A stretch of 64,000 nt of DNA from Saccostrea cucullata (lineage: Eukaryota): NCBI RefSeq assembly GCF_032062105.1, contig NW_026930873.1, positions 248,001 through 312,000 of the forward strand, written 5' to 3'. Of the stretch, positions 56,699 through 64,000 are shown piece after piece (within the stretch, counting starts at the first letter, position 1; each line of letters begins with the position of its first letter). The notes under the pieces are model-generated. The model was given only the letters and a program-made list of their open reading frames with translations. It searched no databases and was not told where the DNA came from. The translations under genes and the position numbers were made by a program.

Positions 56699-58235
56699 TA
56701 CTGGAAGGAAAAAGAAACGCAGGGTAAACTTTTGAGGTGAATTAAATTTGTTTTTCTTAAAATACTTTTTCCTATCTAATTTTTAAAATCATCTTTCAAA
56801 AAGATATAACCAAATTCTCATATGATTTTGTGTAATTATTCATGAGTTATTGAAGCTCAAATGATGATACCCCCCAAAAGGGAAAATCGAGAACTCTCAT
56901 TATCTTCAATGTCCATCTCTTGCATCTGTCAGAGTCTTATTTCTCCTTTGCATGCGCATGCGCCAGTAAGAGGAATACAACAGTAAGTTGACTGGCTCAA
57001 AAAACAAAATTGCGGAATTGTTTTCTTTTAAATTTCGTATGAATGTAATGATTATAATCGTGTACACCGTAAATGGCTGTTTTTGTGGTAGTAAGGTGGC
57101 GATTTAAGAGATGGCAGGACGAATAACCCACTCGTAACATGGCTCTGTTTCGCGTTAACGTCATCGTCACGGTTGATTGAAATCCACTCCAGACCCTCTC
57201 TGACAACGGCTAAAAAGTTTTTTGGGGGAAAATTTACAAGGGACTGCTTAGTAAACCGTTGTTGCCTTTTTCATTAATTAGGCAATTCGAAAACAAGACC
57301 CCATTCAACTTCCGTAAACTGTGCCAAGATTGCAATAAATTCATAATGTCTCTTAATATTGAATAACGATGTGCATACCTCATATGTATGGCATGCCAAA
57401 TTCACAAAAATGAGATAAACCTAGTTTCACATTTGATAAACTAGGTTTATCGACTGTAAACTATAGTTTACAAACCGTAAACTATAGTTAACGATTCGTT
57501 AAGTATAGTTTTCATCTGTAAAACTATATTTAACGGTTGTTAACTATAGTTTACGAATGATAATCTAAGTTTATCTGTCTGTAATAAGCGTTAACAATAG
57601 ATTTTGTTGATAAACATAGATTCACGTTCGTAAACTATAGTTTACAATCGTAAACTATAGTTAAGAGTTGTGAATCATAGTTTCACAAATCGTGAAACTA
57701 TATTTATCAAATAGTGAACTATAGTTAACGGTTTGTAAACTATAGTTTACAAATCGTGAAACTGTATTTATCAGATAATCTATGTTTTGCAATCGCAAAT
57801 GATTGTTTTCAGTGTTAAGTATAGTTTACGGTTGTGAAACATAGATTATCGCGTTAACTATGGTTTACGGATGTAAAATATAGATTAACGTTGTTAACTA
57901 TAGTTTACAGTCCGTAAACTATAGTTTACAACCGATAAACCTAGTTTATCGACTGTGAAACTATGTTTAGCTCATTTTTGTGAATTTGGCGTGCCATACA
58001 TATGCATCAAATAATGCAACAAGATTTGTGGACAAACACGTCCTTATCAAATTGCACGTGTTTTGGGCTTTTTAGCGTTTTCCCTACGTGACGTCATAAA
58101 TTTTAAGGTTGAGTAATTCTGATTTTGATGTACAACAACTAAATTTTCCATCTGACCAATTTTCGTAATTTTCGGTCATGTGGTCAAATTTTTATCGACA
58201 ATTATGCTACCCTGCGTTTCTCTTTCCTTTCAGTA
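56699..58235. mobile_element. TIR DNA element (Tc1/mariner-like ends) containing a nested element
   Basis: TACTGGAAGGAAAAAGAAACGCAGGGTA / TACCCTGCGTTTCTCTTTCCTTTCAGTA. Confidence 0.7.
57387..57998. mobile_element. Non-autonomous IS3EU-like element with ~21-bp palindromic repeat array
   Basis: TIR TATGGCATGCCAAATTCACAAAAATGAG / CTCATTTTTGTGAATTTGGCGTGCCATA; TSD CATATG (57381-57386, 57999-58004); interior (GTAAACTATAGTTTAC)-type units. Confidence 0.88.
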
Positions 58236-60044
58236 TATTAAAAACATCATATTGAAACGAAACATTTTTCTTCAAAATTAATACTATGCAATTCATAATT
58301 TATATTATTTTAACTATGTGTATAATTCTATGATTAATCTAGGAATTTTGTGTGTGTGTGTGGGGGGGGGGGTCTTTTCTTTTCTTTTTTTTTTTTTTAG
58401 TTTTTTGTTTTAAAGTAAGTCTTACTTATCAAGTATAATGCTTTCCAGTTTAATTTTAATCAAAATGTAATAAAATGAATTATAAAAAATGTGAAGAAAT
58501 GTACAGTATATATACTTCTTGCACTTTGTTTGCTATTGAAACTTTTTCTTTACGAGGAACTCTGTTTTCTATGATAGTATTTTTATGTATCTGGTACCGT
58601 ATGAGCGATACATTTCTTATTTCGGCCTATACAACATTGCATTAAAGACTTGCTCAAAAATGTCCATAAAACGAGCAAAGTTCTGTAACTCTCAATATTT
58701 TATATTTATTTAATATTAGACTAACTAACACGATGGAGCCCGTCTATTAGTCTTTCACTGAATGTCAGGTTGTTTTAATTTTGCAAACAAATAGAGTTTG
58801 CAAAACTCTTAACATAAATGCTGATAACCTTGTTCCATCGACTTACTTGTCAATAGTCTCGATTTTAGAAAAAAAAAGTATTCACAGCATGCTCGCGCGT
58901 ACCGAAGTTAAGAGTCAGTGTTAATTAGTTGTGTTTGATTTTTGCATTTGAAAAAAAATTAGTCGTTCGATATAAAATCATCAATAAGCAGCTGTGTTGA
59001 AAAGTCATTCAACAAAGTGATGTAAACCCTCTGTGATGTTCAAAAGTCTGTCCTTCTGAAACCATCCTTATTAATCTATACTAATATTTTTCACTTTAAA
59101 TTGCTTTTTTGTCCAAATTTGAACGAGAAATTAAAAACTATGCAATGAAAATTATTCATTTTATTCATTTAAACATGACCCAAGTTGTTATTTTCAAATT
59201 CTTTGACAAAAGTTTGTTTGTATCATCTTCCTTAAATTCAATCTTATCCAGTCTTTTCTTTCAGAGCACGAAATAATTGGAGTGTGGATATTCAACCCTT
59301 TTTTTGATTCGATTCCGGAATAAATTGACAAAGTTTATTTGGATTGGACAATTTGCCCTTGATTGGACAATTTGCCAGACAACACAATGCGCATGCGTTG
59401 CATTGTACTGCATCAGAGTGCAACAAGGTTCCATTACATTTTTCAGTGTAAAAGAAACATTCCCCCACTATCCACCCTTCCAGACATCCTATTTATACAA
59501 TTTTTCTCGGCGATTGAATATAGGTTGTGAAATTTGCATAATGCAAATTTATTACAAAGTTCGATAACTCAAATTATGACCCTTTGAATAACGTGGCGAA
59601 AACGATCTTTGCTCTCTGCATTATATTATGCAAATGTTTAGGCAAAGCTAATGGATAACAAGCTTGTATACTATATAACACTTTAGAGAGTCACTCCAAG
59701 TAAATAACGGTGATCATGATGTTGGCTGATAAGTTTGACTTTAGTGTGAGTTTCTCTCACTAAACAGGTAAACAAGTTGTGCTAATCAGGACTGAAAAGC
59801 GCTTTTCGTTGTTAATTCTAGAAAGGAAATCGGCGCTTTGTTTGATGGAGTCTAAAACTATTAACTTAAAAGTCATTCAGGAAACACGTTTCAAAGTTCA
59901 TTTGATTTTTCCGAACAAGAATACCAAAGTTTTTCGAAGAAGACTAATTAAATTTGGATTTAAAAAATGTTCATTTCAACATATTTTGTCATGAAATGGT
60001 AGTAAAACAAATATGGACCAAGTTTTTGTTTTTAATAGACAGTA

Positions 60045-60529
60045 CGTCGTGTGTCAAAAGTGAAGATAATTTTATTTTTTCTCTATATATTTCATTGAAA
60101 ACAACATTTTTTAAAATCATTGGCAAATGGTCAATTTTTGTCCAATTTCATTATTTATTGCAGTACTTAAACCAGAAAATGTGTAGTTTTCTTTCTTTAA
60201 AAGATCGTTAAATATTTAGTTTTTACTAAAAGATAGTTTATCAATTGACATCAGTTCTAAAATTCAAGATCAACGTTGACTATATAATTCATTGTGAGTA
60301 TGTGACTTAAAAATTCATGTCGCAGTTAAATTACAATATTTTTAAAATATCAATACTGATCGGATAAAAACTATTGTTTATATCAACTACAACAATTTAT
60401 TGGATTACCAAGAAATTTGTGATAAAATCTGTCAAGAAATGTTGTCATACCTGTGATTTTAAAAAATGTTGTTTTCAATAAAATATATATAGAAAAAATA
60501 AAATTATCTTCACTTTTGGCACACGACTG
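60045..60529. mobile_element. Tc1-like MITE with ~75-bp TIRs
   Basis: C(A)GTCGTGTG(T/C)CAAAAGTGAAGATAATTTTATTTTTTCT... at both ends, TA-flanked. Confidence 0.8.
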
Positions 60530-63500
60530 TACCGCTCTTATAGTAATTCCCCTACAATGGAAGTTTCATGTATAGGAAATTAAAGTGTAGAGGATTTGAA
60601 TGTTCGATCTCTTAGTATATAAGGTGTACCTATTACAATGCATTGCAGTGCAGTGCTGTTATATCAAGTAGCTTGCAGTTGAAAGAAGTTCACTCAATAC
60701 AAAGTTTCCTCTGAAAGTTTTGCATGTACCCAAATTTATTTTTCGTCTAAAGAATTCAGCAAAATTAAGTGTTGCTTGATGACAACTCAGCCCAAAGTAC
60801 TGTTATCAGAGTAAATTCTGTTATCTATCCTGGTGTAATTCTGTTATCTATCCTGATGCATATATGCATCACTCTCAGAATTTCTAATTGTCCAATTTAA
60901 TACGAAAAAATTCTATCTTTATACCCAATATAGTCGCTTAAGCAAAAAAGAAAAAAAAAACAATCAGCACTAAGGTACTTCATGGTCATCTTTCTGCATA
61001 ATGACTGTCTTGTTAATATAGATTCATATCAAAGAGAACTCTCAAAGCCGAAAATGTGAATCTTCCACTCAGTCTCTTTGTCAAATAATTTAAAAAAGAC
61101 ATTATATTGAAGTCCAGTGCAATAATCACTGTATACAAAGTGCTAATCGAAAATCTACTTGATTTGGATCACTTGCTATATTGCTTTGGGTACTCTGATG
61201 CATTATGCCTAAAAAAGAAAATTCTGCAGGCAAAATATGGGTAAAAGTAACTTTAAGAAATTAGGAAACTTATTAAACCTTAAGTTTATAGAATCAATGT
61301 AAATTGATTTGAGAAAATTTTTCAGTTGAAACATGTCAGAAATTCGATACCGTTCTCATTTACCGGGTTAAAATGGGATTTTCGCTCATTTTGAATTATT
61401 TCAATTGTTCTTAATTTTTTCAAACTATATTCTGTTGTAAAAGCCATGGTATCTAAGTTTTCGCCTCAATTCACACACGAAACATCATCTGATTTCTATA
61501 AATTACGCTTTTTAGAGAAATTTAGCTATTCTTGTTTTGAGTGAATGCTATACTATGTTTGCAACATATTTTTGCGATGGCTATACTTTTTTTGGATCCT
61601 TTTTGTGATTTGCATGAAATTAAGATTTATTGTTTTTTGATAAAATTATCGCAGTTTAAACAGTTTTGAAAAAATATTGGCATTTATTATCACAAGAGAA
61701 ACATTTATCAGTCGAAAGAAGTTAAACAGAAATAAATAATTATAGAATTTGATGAAATGTGCTATCATTGCTGGTGTTTGTGCGATACTTGATTTGCGTT
61801 TTGTTGCGATTGATTCAGAAATGCTATGTTTGATTTGAGTAGAATACTTCTTGAAGAATGAAGGCGTATATATAGGGGGAGTATATACAAAGACACTGTC
61901 TCAAGTTTATGCCATTAAATAACTTAATGATAAATACACGTAATATATTATCACTTATGTTTTAAAGGTATGTAAAACGGAAGAAAGGGCTTCACAAACT
62001 ATTCTAACTTTTTCCAAAGATCGTGATAGGCGTAAGACTGAATGTGTTAACCACGATATGCTACGGTGTCTTCTTGATGTTTGTGTGTCAGTTTGGTTTA
62101 AAGAAACGAATTTGTTGAGACTAATAATGTTTTTCAACCTATGATTTAATTTACCTTGGGTCGTTCTTTTTTTTTTTGGCTTACTTCTTTCACTCCAGTT
62201 TAATTAAAATTGGGCATTATTCAGTATATCCCCATAGACAGATCCAGAAAAGCGGATATAGGTCAGGGAATCAAAACCTGATGAATTTTTTCAAATTCAC
62301 TAAAATTTAAGAATATTAAAGTAACCATATCAAAATAACTTTGCCCCCCTCCCCAAGAAACACAAACTCTTAACAGTCAGTCTATGATAAAAGAATTATA
62401 GTTACGGAAGTTAATTGATTTTCACGGATATGCCATGATTTCTATGAAAAAGGATCCATGCATTTCTTTGTGAAATGTGGTAACCGTTTGTTTTCTTTTT
62501 ATTACATGAAAACAATTTAAATATTCCATGCAATCTCTTCTTAACGCTTATTTGGCTGAATTGGAATTAGTAAATGAACAAAGCGGCATTAAGATTTGAA
62601 ATTGAATTCGTTTTAATCATTATTTTCTAATCAAAACTTTGAATGTAAAGTCAAAGAGTTGAAATCGATCTTTTTAATTGTTTAAAATTTTACAATAGTA
62701 CATGTAAATTGGTGAACGACATTAAAATTCTTCATTTGGTACGTTTTTGTTGATAAATGACTGTCATCAGTTGATAGGAAAAATGAGAATATATATGGAA
62801 GAATGTAGCTTGTCCACAAATTAAGCCGACCCTATCCCCAACCATAAAGAAGGGTTTTTGTGTTGGGATCTTATAGTGTTATGGACAACAATGTAACCCC
62901 CTCCCGTTTCCCGAAGAAATTTATGCTGGAGCCATCCTTTATTCCGGAATGAAAAAAAATGGAACTTAACTTATAAATTAACGAAATAAAAACGTCATTA
63001 CAGTTGTTTCCATTAGAAATTTAAAAAGATACTTTCACGAAAGGTTCAAAATGTTATTAAGTAGGGGTATAAATTTTTTTATTAAAAAAGAAAAATAAGT
63101 AACGCCAGGTGCCTGTGTGTTTGTACTCTCCTTCGTACCTAAGTTACTTACCAAGAGGCCACACTACTTTTTCTTTTCTTTTTTTTTATATATAAATACA
63201 TTGTATCACACTCACTGACTGAGCATAAACGCTCAAGGTTAGCATATGACACATGGACCTCCTATGGACTGGGCCATTGTTGAAATGTAAGAGGAGTCTG
63301 GGGAAGAAAATATTGTACAGTACTGTTGTAAACACAAAGTAACGTCAATAAATTATTTTACTAATTGCACTAGGCCTAAATGCTATATGTATACTCGAAA
63401 AAAGTATAGCTGTCATGCCAACAAATAAAGCTTTCTGGATATTTTCTACGCAAACCTAAAATAGCTCTGGAGAAGTTGGGTAGGTGCAAATTTGATGTTA

Positions 63501-64000
63501 TTGTCAAGTTATAAAGAAGACCTTGTGGTCAAATTTGATAGCTTACGTTTGATAAAGATTCATATTAAACATTACAATAAATATTTTATTGAAATAATGT
63601 CAACAGTCCATTCCAGTGGATGATTAGTCGAAAAATGACCATCAGATGCTTGAAAAACGCTTGCTACCGATGTTTATGGAGGGGTATATGAAACAAATAT
63701 ATGATAATCTTTAAATATACCAAGAGGAAGTCTCGTATTGTTTGAAGTAGTTTTATTATCAGTAAGAAAACGTATATTAAAGCACATTTTTTTGTCAGAC
63801 AGAAACTTCGAATGATCCAAACAAATATAGCTAGTGGTCCAAATCAAGTAGATTTTCGATTAGCACTTTGTATACAGTGATAATATAAAGTTAACTTCTC
63901 ATTAAGATAAGCAGTATTAATTTTCTTGCAAATAAAAAAAAACCCCACAATCACCAGTTCAGAGTGAGTGTTTATTAGATGTGGATGTTTATCGCATTCG

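Noticed and set aside
58240-64000. Short ORFs and isolated splice-like signals in the last 6 kb
   Set aside because: No recognisable protein motif or consistent exon chain; treated as intergenic or intronic.

Overview
AT-rich eukaryotic genomic DNA with spliceosomal introns, most likely from an oyster or related bivalve (inferred from Cg170-like ~166-bp satellite inside HINE/Helentron-type elements and bivalve-type SINEs). Host genes, reconstructed by hand: (1) a B-box/coiled-coil/NHL TRIM-like gene interrupted by one in-frame TAG; (2) a 2-exon neuronal calcium sensor; (3) a 7-exon POFUT1-like O-fucosyltransferase (minus strand, no ER-retention tail), head-to-head with (4) a 19-exon lysosomal alpha-glucosidase (GAA, GH31) that has a GC-AG intron and a splice-donor-derived minisatellite; (5) two tandem 5-exon BDH1/RDH-type short-chain dehydrogenases. 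Mobile DNA is dense. It includes an intact, very young Mag-type Ty3/Gypsy element (identical 163-bp LTRs, 5-bp TSD, tRNA-Ser PBS overlapping the start codon), many non-autonomous DNA elements with clear TIRs/TSDs, two SINEs sharing a body but with different heads, and degraded RTE and Penelope-like fragments in a local duplication. I found no prokaryote-type novel system. The strongest leads are the stop-split TRIM gene, the decoy-donor minisatellite, the head-swapped SINE and the tail-less POFUT1. All exon coordinates were read by eye and checked for reading-frame consistency.
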